A stretch of 64,000 nucleotides of DNA, taken from the NCBI GenBank assembly GCA_044892505.1, contig CM097884.1, positions 29,698,001-29,762,000 on the forward strand, given 5' to 3'. A program made the position numbers and the translations under genes. This DNA comes from Schmidtea nova. Its lineage: Eukaryota. Shown here in pieces: positions 1 through 12,000 of this stretch. Under the pieces are notes generated by a model. The model was not told the DNA's origin. It ran no database searches and was given only the letters and a program-made list of their open reading frames with translations. Position 1 is the stretch's first letter, and every line of letters starts with the position of its first letter.

Positions 1-1
1 A

Positions 2-52
2 TCTGGCTACGAAATCAAGTCAACAATGAAAGAATGTTACAGCGAAACAGAG
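2..52 (+). CDS. 3' end of repeat exon 0 (SGYEIKSTMKECYSETE)
   Basis: Same sequence as the end of all other exons; GT donor at 53. Confidence 0.78.
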
Positions 53-3000
53 GTAAATAAAATGAATTCATTTTTACAAATAATGTCACTTAATCACTGC
101 CTAAAATCTATTATGATGTCTTTAAAGATAAATACTGTTTTGAAACCTTTATCATAATCTTTTATTTTAAATTCATATTTTAACATAGTTTATTTGTTAA
201 CCTCTTCATTGCATTATTATTTCTTAGATTTATTAATTTACAAAATATTTCGAGTCATTTTTAGAACTGTTTTCTTGTGTTTAGATTAAATCTGAAAACA
301 TTGCAACTGAAACTGGAATAACAGAATTGATACATACGAGCTTGGAAAAAGATACAAAAGCTTCAAATAAGTTAACTGACTATAGAGCAGAGGCCATTGA
401 CATGAGCAGTGAATCATTCAAAGATAGTGAAATTGTAGAAGTTTCTTTCGAAAAACTCAAAGACACAGCTGACTTCGGTAGTAGTGTAGAAAGTAAAATG
501 ATTGAAGTAGGAACAGAAACTTTCGGAGAAAAGCATAATGTATTCATCGATACGCTTACAAGTCATGAAGCTGAAATTAAATTCGAAGAAACATTGACTG
601 AGTTCATGTGTGAGTCGGTAAATAGTGAAAGCAGTTTTGAATGCAAATCAATTGAAGAAACCTGGAGTCAAGTTGGTGCAAAGGCAGTTGAAGTTGGTTC
701 AGAATTCAGAAGCGTGATTGTAGAATGTTCAAGTGAATATACAATTAGTATGAGAGAAAGTCAGGTAGACCAAGCAATAGCAACTGAAGAAGTCGGTGTA
801 ATGACAGTAGAATTAGTAGTGATAGATGAGTCATCGGTGTTTGAATTGAGGTGCTGCACAGTTGAATGTGAAACTGTAGAAATCGTAGAAGAAATAATTC
901 CTTTAGAGGCAAAGGAAGAGGAATCAGAAAGATTGTTAATTGAGAATGAAAGTGTAAGCTGGGAGATTCCAATGCTAGATATTGCTACTACAACAGTTAA
1001 GCCGACATTAGAAGATATTAGCACAGAAAATGTAATTGAGCATGTTGAATATAGTGGTGAATGGTGCCGAGAAATTAAGCATGAAAGTGAAATGTTTGAA
1101 ACAGAGAAATCAGGTTACTCAACAACGATCGTATCATCAGATGAAGACATTAAATATTGCTCAGTTGAAATACAATTCGAAGAAACAAAGTCTCGCAACA
1201 TAGAATCTGGCTACGAAATCAAGTCAACAATGAAAGAATGTTACAGCGAAACAGAGGTAAATAAAATGAATTCAGTTTTACAAAAAATGTCACTTAATCA
1301 CTGCCTAAAATCTATTATGATGTCTTTAAAGATAAATACTGTTTTGAAACCTTTATCATAATCTTTTATTTTAAATTCATATTTTAACATAGTTTATTTG
1401 TTAACCTCTTTATTGCATTATTATTTCTTAGATTTATTAATTTACAAAATATTTCGAGTCATTTTTAGAACTGTTTTCTTGTGTTTAGATTAAATCTGAA
1501 AACATTGCAACTGAAACTGGAATAACAGAATTGATACATACGAGCTTGGAAAAAGATACAAAAGCTTCAAATAAGTTAACTGACTATAGAGCAGAGGCCA
1601 TTGACATGAGCAGTGAATCATTCAAAGATAGTGAAATTGTAGAAGTTTCTTTCGAAAAACTCAAAGACACAGCTGACTTCGGTAGTAGTGTAGAAAGTAA
1701 AATGATTGAAGTAGGAACAGAAACTTTCGGAGAAAAGCATAATGTATTCATCGATACGCTTACAAGTCATGAAGCTGAAATTAAATTCGAAGAAACATTG
1801 ACTGAGTTCATGTGTGAGTCGGTAAATAGTGAAAGCAGTTTTGAATGCAAATCAATTGAAGAAACCTGGAGTCAAGTTGGTGCAAAGGCAGTTGAAGTTG
1901 GTTCAGAATTCAGAAGCGTGATTGTAGAATGTTCAAGTGAATATACAATTAGTATGAGAGAAAGTCAGGTAGACCAAGCAATAGCAACTGAAGAAGTCGG
2001 TGTAATGACAGTAGAATTAGTAGTGATAGATGAGTCATCGGTGTTTGAATTGAGGTGCTGCACAGTTGAATGTGAAACTGTAGAAATCGTAGAAGAAATA
2101 ATTCCTTTAGAGGCAAAGGAAGAGGAATCAGAAAGATTGTTAATTGAGAATGAAAGTGTAAGCTGGGAGATTCCAATGCTAGATATTGCTACTACAACAG
2201 TTAAGCCGACATTAGAAGATATTAGCACAGAAAAAGTTATTGAGCATGTTGAATATAGTGGTGAATGGTGCCGAGAAATTAAGCATGAAAGTGAAATGTT
2301 TGAAACAGAGAAATCAGGTTACTCAACAACGATCGTATCATCAGATGAAGACATTAAATATTGCTCAGTTGAAATACAATTCGAAGAAACAAAGTCTCGC
2401 AACATAGAATCTGGCTACGAAATCAAGTCAACAATGAAAGAATGTTACAGCGAAACAGAGGTAAATAAAATGAATTCAGTTTTACAAAAAATGTCACTTA
2501 ATCACTGCCTAAAATCTATTATGATGTCTTTAAAGATAAATACTGTTTTGAAACCTTTATCATAATCTTTTATTTTAAATTCATATTTTAACATAGTTTA
2601 TTTGTTAACCTCTTCATTGCATTATTATTTCTTAGATTTATTAATTTACAAAATATTTCGAGTCATTTTTAGAACTGTTTTCTTGTGTTTAGATTAAATC
2701 TGAAAACATTGCAACTGAAACTGGAATAACAGAATTGATACATACGAGCTTGGAAAAAGATACAAAAGCTTCAAATAAGTTAACTGACTATAGAGCAGAG
2801 GCCATTGACATGAGCAGTGAATCATTCAAAGATAGTGAAATTGTAGAAGTTTCTTTCGAAAAACTCAAAGACACAGCTGACTTCGGTAGTAGTGTAGAAA
2901 GTAAAATGATTGAAGTAGGAACAGAAACTTTCGGAGAAAAGCATAATGTATTCATCGATACGCTTACAAGTCATGAAGCTGAAATTAAATTCGAAGAAAC

Positions 3001-6000
3001 ATTGACTGAGTTCATGTGTGAGTCGGTAAATAGTGAAAGCAGTTTTGAATGCAAATCAATTGAAGAAACCTGGAGTCAAGTTGGTGCAAAGGCAGTTGAA
3101 GTTGGTTCAGAATTCAGAAGCGTGATTGTAGAATGTTCAAGTGAATATACAATTAGTATGAGAGAAAGTCAGGTAGACCAAGCAATAGCAACTGAAGACG
3201 TCGGTGTAATGACAGTAGAATTAGTAGTGATAGATGAGTCATCGGTGTTTGAATTGAGGTGCTGCACAGTTGAATGTGAAACTGTAGAAATTGTAGAAGA
3301 AATAATTCCTTTAGAGGCAAAGGAAGAGGAATCAGAAAGATTGTTAATTGAGAATGAAAGTGTAAGCTGGGAGATTCCAATGCTAGATATTGCTACTACA
3401 ACAGTTAAGCCGACATTAGAAGATATTACCACAGAAAAAGTTATTGAGCATGTTGAATATAGTGGTGAATGGTGCCGAGAAATTAAGCATGAAAGTGAAA
3501 TGTTTGAAACAGAGAAATCAGGTTACTCAACAACGATCGTATCATCAGATGAAGACATTAAATATTGCTCAGTTGAAATACAATTCGAAGAAACAAAGTC
3601 TCGCAACATAGAATCTGGCTACGAAATCAAGTCAACAATGAAAGAATGTTACAGCGAAACAGAGGTAAATAAAATGAATTCAGTTTTACAAAAAATGTCA
3701 CTTAATCACTGCCTAAAATCTATTATGATGTCTTTAAAGATAAATACTGTTTTGAAACCTTTATCATAATCTTTTATTTTAAATTCATATTTTAACATAG
3801 TTTATTTGTTAACCTCTTCATTGCATTATTATTTCTTAGATTTATTAATTTACAAAATATTTCGAGTCATTTTTAGAACTGTTTTCTTGTGTTTAGATTA
3901 AATCTGAAAACATTGCAACTGAAACTGGAATAACAGAATTGATACATACGAGCTTGGAAAAAGATACAAAAGCTTCAAATAAGTTAACTGACTATAGAGC
4001 AGAGGCCATTGACATGAGCAGTGAATCATTCAAAGATAGTGAAATTGTAGAAGTTTCTTTCGAAAAACTCAAAGACACAGCTGACTTCGGTAGTAGTGTA
4101 GAAAGTAAAATGATTGAAGTAGGAACAGAAACTTTCGGAGAAAAGCATAATGTATTCATCGATACGCTTACAAGTCATGAAGCTGAAATTAAATTCGAAG
4201 AAACATTGACTGAGTTCATGTGTGAGTCGGTAAATAGTGAAAGCAGTTTTGAATGCAAATCAATTGAAGAAACCTGGAGTCAAGTTGGTGCAAAGGCAGT
4301 TGAAGTTGGTTCAGAATTCAGAAGCGTGATTGTAGAATGTTCAAGTGAATATACAATTAGTATGAGAGAAAGTCAGGTAGACCAAGCAATAGCAACTGAA
4401 GAAGTCGGTGTAATGACAGTAGAATTAGTAGTGATAGATGAGTCATCGGTGTTTGAATTGAGGTGCTGCACAGTTGAATGTGAAACTGTAGAAATCGTAG
4501 AAGAAATAATTCCTTTAGAGGCAAAGGAAGAGGAATCAGAAAGATTGTTAATTGAGAATGAAAGTGTAAGCTGGGAGATTCCAATGCTAGATATTGCTAC
4601 TACAACAGTTAAGCCGACATTAGAAGATATTAGCACAGAAAATGTAATTGAGCATGTTGAATATAGTGGTGAATGGTGCCGAGAAATTAAGCATGAAAGT
4701 GAAATGTTTGAAACAGAGAAATCAGGTTACTCAACAACGATCGTATCATCAGATGAAGACATTAAATATTGCTCAGTTGAAATACAATTCGAAGAAACAA
4801 AGTCTCGCAACATAGAATCTGGCTACGAAATCAAGTCAACAATGAAAGAATGTTACAGCGAAACAGAGGTAAATAAAATGAATTCATTTTTACAAATAAT
4901 GTCACTTAATCACTGCCTAAAATCTATTATGATGTCTTTAAAGATAAATACTGTTTTGAAACCTTTATCATAATCTTTTATTTTAAATTCATATTTTAAC
5001 ATAGTTTATTTGTTAACCTCTTCATTGCATTATTATTTCTTAGATTTATTAATTTACAAAATATTTCGAGTCATTTTTAGAACTGTTTTCTTGTGTTTAG
5101 ATTAAATCTGAAAACATTGCAACTGAAACTGGAATAACAGAATTGATACATACGAGCTTGGAAAAAGATACAAAAGCTTCAAATAAGTTAACTGACTATA
5201 GAGCAGAGGCCATTGACATGAGCAGTGAATCATTCAAAGATAGTGAAATTGTAGAAGTTTCTTTCGAAAAACTCAAAGACACAGCTGACTTCGGTAGTAG
5301 TGTAGAAAGTAAAATGATTGAAGTAGGAACAGAAACTTTCGGAGAAAAGCATAATGTATTCATCGATACGCTTACAAGTCATGAAGCTGAAATTAAATTC
5401 GAAGAAACATTGACTGAGTTCATGTGTGAGTCGGTAAATAGTGAAAGCAGTTTTGAATGCAAATCAATTGAAGAAACCTGGAGTCAAGTTGGTGCAAAGG
5501 CAGTTGAAGTTGGTTCAGAATTCAGAAGCGTGATTGTAGAATGTTCAAGTGAATATACAATTAGTATGAGAGAAAGTCAGGTAGACCAAGCAATAGCAAC
5601 TGAAGACGTCGGTGTAATGACAGTAGAATTAGTAGTGATAGATGAGTCATTGGTGTTTGAATTGAGGTGCTGCACAGTTGAATGTGAAACTGTAGAAATT
5701 GTAGAAGAAATAATTCCTTTAGAGGCAAAGGAAGAGGAATCAGAAAGATTGTTAATTGAGAATGAAAGTGTAAGCTGGGAGATTCCAATGCTAGATATTG
5801 CTACTACAACAGTTAAGCCGACATTAGAAGATATTACCACAGAAAAAGTTATTGAGCATGTTGAATATAGTGGTGAATGGTGCCGAGAAATTAAGCATGA
5901 AAGTGAAATGTTTGAAACAGAGAAATCAGGTTACTCAACAACGATCGTATCATCAGATGAAGACATTAAATATTGCTCAGTTGAAATACAATTCGAAGAA

Positions 6001-9000
6001 ACAAAGTCTCGCAACATAGAATCTGGCTACGAAATCAAGTCAACAATGAAAGAATGTTACAGCGAAACAGAGGTAAATAAAATGAATTCAGTTTTACAAA
6101 AAATGTCACTTAATCACTGCCTAAAATCTATTATGATGTCTTTAAAGATAAATACTGTTTTGAAACCTTTATCATAATCTTTTATTTTAAATTCATATTT
6201 TAACATAGTTTATTTGTTAACCTCTTCATTGCATTATTATTTCTTAGATTTATTAATTTACAAAATATTTCGAGTCATTTTTAGAACTGTTTTCTTGTGT
6301 TTAGATTAAATCTGAAAACATTGCAACTGAAACTGGAATAACAGAATTGATACATACGAGCTTGGAAAAAGATACAAAAGCTTCAAATAAGTTAACTGAC
6401 TATAGAGCAGAGGCCATTGACATGAGCAGTGAATCATTCAAAGATAGTGAAATTGTAGAAGTTTCTTTCGAAAAACTCAAAGACACAGCTGACTTCGGTA
6501 GTAGTGTAGAAAGTAAAATGATTGAAGTAGGAACAGAAACTTTCGGAGAAAAGCATAATGTATTCATCGATACGCTTACAAGTCATGAAGCTGAAATTAA
6601 ATTCGAAGAAACATTGACTGAGTTCATGTGTGAGTCGGTAAATAGTGAAAGCAGTTTTGAATGCAAATCAATTGAAGAAACCTGGAGTCAAGTTGGTGCA
6701 AAGGCAGTTGAAGTTGGTTCAGAATTCAGAAGCGTGATTGTAGAATGTTCAAGTGAATATACAATTAGTATGAGAGAAAGTCAGGTAGACCAAGCAATAG
6801 CAACTGAAGAAGTCGGTGTAATGACAGTAGAATTAGTAGTGATAGATGAGTCATCGGTGTTTGAATTGAGGTGCTGCACAGTTGAATGTGAAACTGTAGA
6901 AATCGTAGAAGAAATAATTCCTTTAGAGGCAAAGGAAGAGGAATCAGAAAGATTGTTAATTGAGAATGAAAGTGTAAGCTGGGAGATTCCAATGCTAGAT
7001 ATTGCTACTACAACAGTTAAGCCGACATTAGAAGATATTAGCACAGAAAATGTAATTGAGCATGTTGAATATAGTGGTGAATGGTGCCGAGAAATTAAGC
7101 ATGAAAGTGAAATGTTTGAAACAGAGAAATCAGGTTACTCAACAACGATCGTATCATCAGATGAAGACATTAAATATTGCTCAGTTGAAATACAATTCGA
7201 AGAAACAAAGTCTCGCAACATAGAATCTGGCTACGAAATCAAGTCAACAATGAAAGAATGTTACAGCGAAACAGAGGTAAATAAAATGAATTCATTTTTA
7301 CAAATAATGTCACTTAATCACTGCCTAAAATCTATTATGATGTCTTTAAAGATAAATACTGTTTTGAAACCTTTATCATAATCTTTTATTTTAAATTCAT
7401 ATTTTAACATAGTTTATTTGTTAACCTCTTCATTGCATTATTATTTCTTAGATTTATTAATTTACAAAATATTTCGAGTCATTTTTAGAACTGTTTTCTT
7501 GTGTTTAGATTAAATCTGAAAACATTGCAACTGAAACTGGAATAACAGAATTGATACATACGAGCTTGGAAAAAGATACAAAAGCTTCAAATAAGTTAAC
7601 TGACTATAGAGCAGAGGCCATTGACATGAGCAGTGAATCATTCAAAGATAGTGAAATTGTAGAAGTTTCTTTCGAAAAACTCAAAGACACAGCTGACTTC
7701 GGTAGTAGTGTAGAAAGTAAAATGATTGAAGTAGGAACAGAAACTTTCGGAGAAAAGCATAATGTATTCATCGATACGCTTACAAGTCATGAAGCTGAAA
7801 TTAAATTCGAAGAAACATTGACTGAGTTCATGTGTGAGTCGGTAAATAGTGAAAGCAGTTTTGAATGCAAATCAATTGAAGAAACCTGGAGTCAAGTTGG
7901 TGCAAAGGCAGTTGAAGTTGGTTCAGAATTCAGAAGCGTGATTGTAGAATGTTCAAGTGAATATACAATTAGTATGAGAGAAAGTCAGGTAGACCAAGCA
8001 ATAGCAACTGAAGAAGTCGGTGTAATGACAGTAGAATTAGTAGTGATAGATGAGTCATCGGTGTTTGAATTGAGGTGCTGCACAGTTGAATGTGAAACTG
8101 TAGAAATCGTAGAAGAAATAATTCCTTTAGAGGCAAAGGAAGAGGAATCAGAAAGATTGTTAATTGAGAATGAAAGTGTAAGCTGGGAGATTCCAATGCT
8201 AGATATTGCTACTACAACAGTTAAGCCGACATTAGAAGATATTAGCACAGAAAATGTAATTGAGCATGTTGAATATAGTGGTGAATGGTGCCGAGAAATT
8301 AAGCATGAAAGTGAAATGTTTGAAACAGAGAAATCAGGTTACTCAACAACGATCGTATCATCAGATGAAGACATTAAATATTGCTCAGTTGAAATACAAT
8401 TCGAAGAAACAAAGTCTCGCAACATAGAATCTGGCTACGAAATCAAGTCAACAATGAAAGAATGTTACAGCGAAACAGAGGTAAATAAAATGAATTCAGT
8501 TTTACAAAAAATGTCACTTAATCACTGCCTAAAATCTATTATGATGTCTTTAAAGATAAATACTGTTTTGAAACCTTTATCATAATCTTTTATTTTAAAT
8601 TCATATTTTAACATAGTTTATTTGTTAACCTCTTTATTGCATTATTATTTCTTAGATTTATTAATTTACAAAATATTTCGAGTCATTTTTAGAACTGTTT
8701 TCTTGTGTTTAGATTAAATCTGAAAACATTGCAACTGAAACTGGAATAACAGAATTGATACATACGAGCTTGGAAAAAGATACAAAAGCTTCAAATAAGT
8801 TAACTGACTATAGAGCAGAGGCCATTGACATGAGCAGTGAATCATTCAAAGATAGTGAAATTGTAGAAGTTTCTTTCGAAAAACTCAAAGACACAGCTGA
8901 CTTCGGTAGTAGTGTAGAAAGTAAAATGATTGAAGTAGGAACAGAAACTTTCGGAGAAAAGCATAATGTATTCATCGATACGCTTACAAGTCATGAAGCT

Positions 9001-12000
9001 GAAATTAAATTCGAAGAAACATTGACTGAGTTCATGTGTGAGTCGGTAAATAGTGAAAGCAGTTTTGAATGCAAATCAATTGAAGAAACCTGGAGTCAAG
9101 TTGGTGCAAAGGCAGTTGAAGTTGGTTCAGAATTCAGAAGCGTGATTGTAGAATGTTCAAGTGAATATACAATTAGTATGAGAGAAAGTCAGGTAGACCA
9201 AGCAATAGCAACTGAAGAAGTCGGTGTAATGACAGTAGAATTAGTAGTGATAGATGAGTCATCGGTGTTTGAATTGAGGTGCTGCACAGTTGAATGTGAA
9301 ACTGTAGAAATCGTAGAAGAAATAATTCCTTTAGAGGCAAAGGAAGAGGAATCAGAAAGATTGTTAATTGAGAATGAAAGTGTAAGCTGGGAGATTCCAA
9401 TGCTAGATATTGCTACTACAACAGTTAAGCCGACATTAGAAGATATTAGCACAGAAAAAGTTATTGAGCATGTTGAATATAGTGGTGAATGGTGCCGAGA
9501 AATTAAGCATGAAAGTGAAATGTTTGAAACAGAGAAATCAGGTTACTCAACAACGATCGTATCATCAGATGAAGACATTAAATATTGCTCAGTTGAAATA
9601 CAATTCGAAGAAACAAAGTCTCGCAACATAGAATCTGGCTACGAAATCAAGTCAACAATGAAAGAATGTTACAGCGAAACAGAGGTAAATAAAATGAATT
9701 CAGTTTTACAAAAAATGTCACTTAATCACTGCCTAAAATCTATTATGATGTCTTTAAAGATAAATACTGTTTTGAAACCTTTATCATAATCTTTTATTTT
9801 AAATTCATATTTTAACATAGTTTATTTGTTAACCTCTTCATTGCATTATTATTTCTTAGATTTATTAATTTACAAAATATTTCGAGTCATTTTTAGAACT
9901 GTTTTCTTGTGTTTAGATTAAATCTGAAAACATTGCAACTGAAACTGGAATAACAGAATTGATACATACGAGCTTGGAAAAAGATACAAAAGCTTCAAAT
10001 AAGTTAACTGACTATAGAGCAGAGGCCATTGACATGAGCAGTGAATCATTCAAAGATAGTGAAATTGTAGAAGTTTCTTTCGAAAAACTCAAAGACACAG
10101 CTGACTTCGGTAGTAGTGTAGAAAGTAAAATGATTGAAGTAGGAACAGAAACTTTAGGAGAAAAGCATAATGTATTCAGCGATACGCTTACAAGTCATGA
10201 AGCTGAAATTAAATTCGAAGAAACATTGACTGAGTTCATGTGTGAGTCGGTAAATAGTGAAAGCAGTTTTGAATGCAAATCAATTGAAGAAACCTGGAGT
10301 CAAGTTGGTGCAAAGGCAGTTGAAGTTGGTTCAGAATTCAGAAGCGTGATTGTAGAATGTTCAAGTGAATATACAATTAGTATGAGAGAAAGTCAGGTAG
10401 ACCAAGCAATAGCAACTGAAGAAGTCGGTGTAATGACAGTAGAATTAGTAGTGATAGATGAGTCATCGGTGTTTGAATTGAGGTGCTGCACAGTTGAATG
10501 TGAAACTGTAGAAATCGTAGAAGAAATAATTCCTTTAGAGGCAAAGGAAGAGGAATCAGAAAGATTGTTAATTGAGAATGAAAGTGTAAGCTGGGAGATT
10601 CCAATGCTAGATATTGCTACTACAACAGTTAAGCCGACATTAGAAGATATTAGCACAGAAAATGTAATTGAGCATGTTGAATATAGTGGTGAATGGTGCC
10701 GAGAAATTAAGCATGAAAGTGAAATGTTTGAAACAGAGAAATCAGGTTACTCAACAACGATCGTATCATCAGATGAAGACATTAAATATTGCTCAGTTGA
10801 AATACAATTCGAAGAAACAAAGTCTCGCAACATAGAATCTGGCTACGAAATCAAGTCAACAATGAAAGAATGTTACAGCGAAACAGAGGTAAATAAAATG
10901 AATTCAGTTTTACAAAAAATGTCACTTAATCACTGCCTAAAATCTATTATGAATTCTTTAAAGATAAATACTGTTTTGAAACCTTTATCATAATCTTTTA
11001 TTTTAAATTCATATTTTAACATAGTTTATTTGTTAACCTCTTCATTGCATTATTATTTCTTAGATTTATTAATTTACAAAATATTTCGAGTCATTTTTAG
11101 AACTGTTTTCTTGTGTTTAGATTAAATCTGAAAACATTGCAACTGAAACTGGAATAACAGAATTGATACATACGAGCTTGGAAAAAGATACAAAAGCTTC
11201 AAATAAGTTAACTGACTATAGAGCAGAGGCCATTGACATGAGCAGTGAATCATTCAAAGATAGTGAAATTGTAGAAATTTCTTTCGAAAAACTCAAAGAC
11301 ACAGCTGACTTCGGTAGTAGTGTAGAAAGTAAAATGATTGAAGTAGGAACAGAAACTTTCGGAGAAAAGCATAATGTATTCATCGATACGCTTACAAGTC
11401 ATGAAGCTGAAATTAAATTCGAAGAAACATTGACTGAGTTCATGTGTGAGTCGGTAAATAGTGAAAGCAGTTTTGAATGCAAATCAATTGAAGAAACCTG
11501 GAGTCAAGTTGGTGCAAAGGCAGTTGAAGTTGGTTCAGAATTCAGAAGCGTGATTGTAGAATGTTCAAGTGAATATACAATTAGTATGAGAGAAAGTCAG
11601 GTAGACCAAGCAATAGCAACTGAAGAAGTCGGTGTAATGACAGTAGAATTAGTAGTGATAGATGAGTCATCGGTGTTTGAATTGAGGTGCTGCACAGTTG
11701 AATGTGAAACTGTAGAAATCGTAGAAGAAATAATTCCTTTAGAGGCAAAGGAAGAGGAATCAGAAAGATTGTTAATTGAGAATGAAAGTGTAAGCTGGGA
11801 GATTCCAATGCTAGATATTGCTACTACAACAGTTAAGCCGACATTAGAAGATATTAGCACAGAAAAAGTTATTGAGCATGTTGAATATAGTGGTGAATGG
11901 TGCCGAGAAATTAAGCATGAAAGTGAAATGTTTGAAACAGAGAAATCAGGTTACTCAACAACGATCGTATCATCAGATGAAGACATTAAATATTGCTCAG

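Noticed and set aside
698-716. Short local repeat TTCAGAATTCAGAA and 6-8-bp palindromes
   Set aside because: Too short; expected from codon usage and composition.
745-1024. Minus-strand 75-aa and 87-aa ORFs in every unit
   Set aside because: These are antisense shadows of GAA/GTA-rich coding sequence (Leu/Ser/Phe/Ile-rich). The 75-aa ORF is lost in unit 37 through a plus-strand missense change.
285-1256. Assignment to titin/PEVK, nesprin/ANC-1, giant ankyrin, Futsch/MAP1B or mucin
   Set aside because: Only generic Glu-richness is shared and I recognise no diagnostic motif, so no gene symbol is given.
285-1256. Alternative (ciliate-type) genetic code making the whole unit one ORF
   Set aside because: The exon contains no in-frame TAA/TAG/TGA, and a 1204-bp unit is not a multiple of 3, so continuous read-through would shift frame in every unit.
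1260-1265. AATAAA as a polyadenylation signal
   Set aside because: It overlaps the donor (GTAAATAAAA), lies upstream of the read-through stop, and is expected by chance in ~79% AT DNA.
327-1361. 53 independent 344-aa genes as in the ORF track
   Set aside because: The start is a TTG in the middle of an open frame, the frame begins at a splice acceptor, only 169 bp separate ORFs, and the last 34 codons follow a canonical donor and have intron-like composition. Kept only as a possible read-through isoform.
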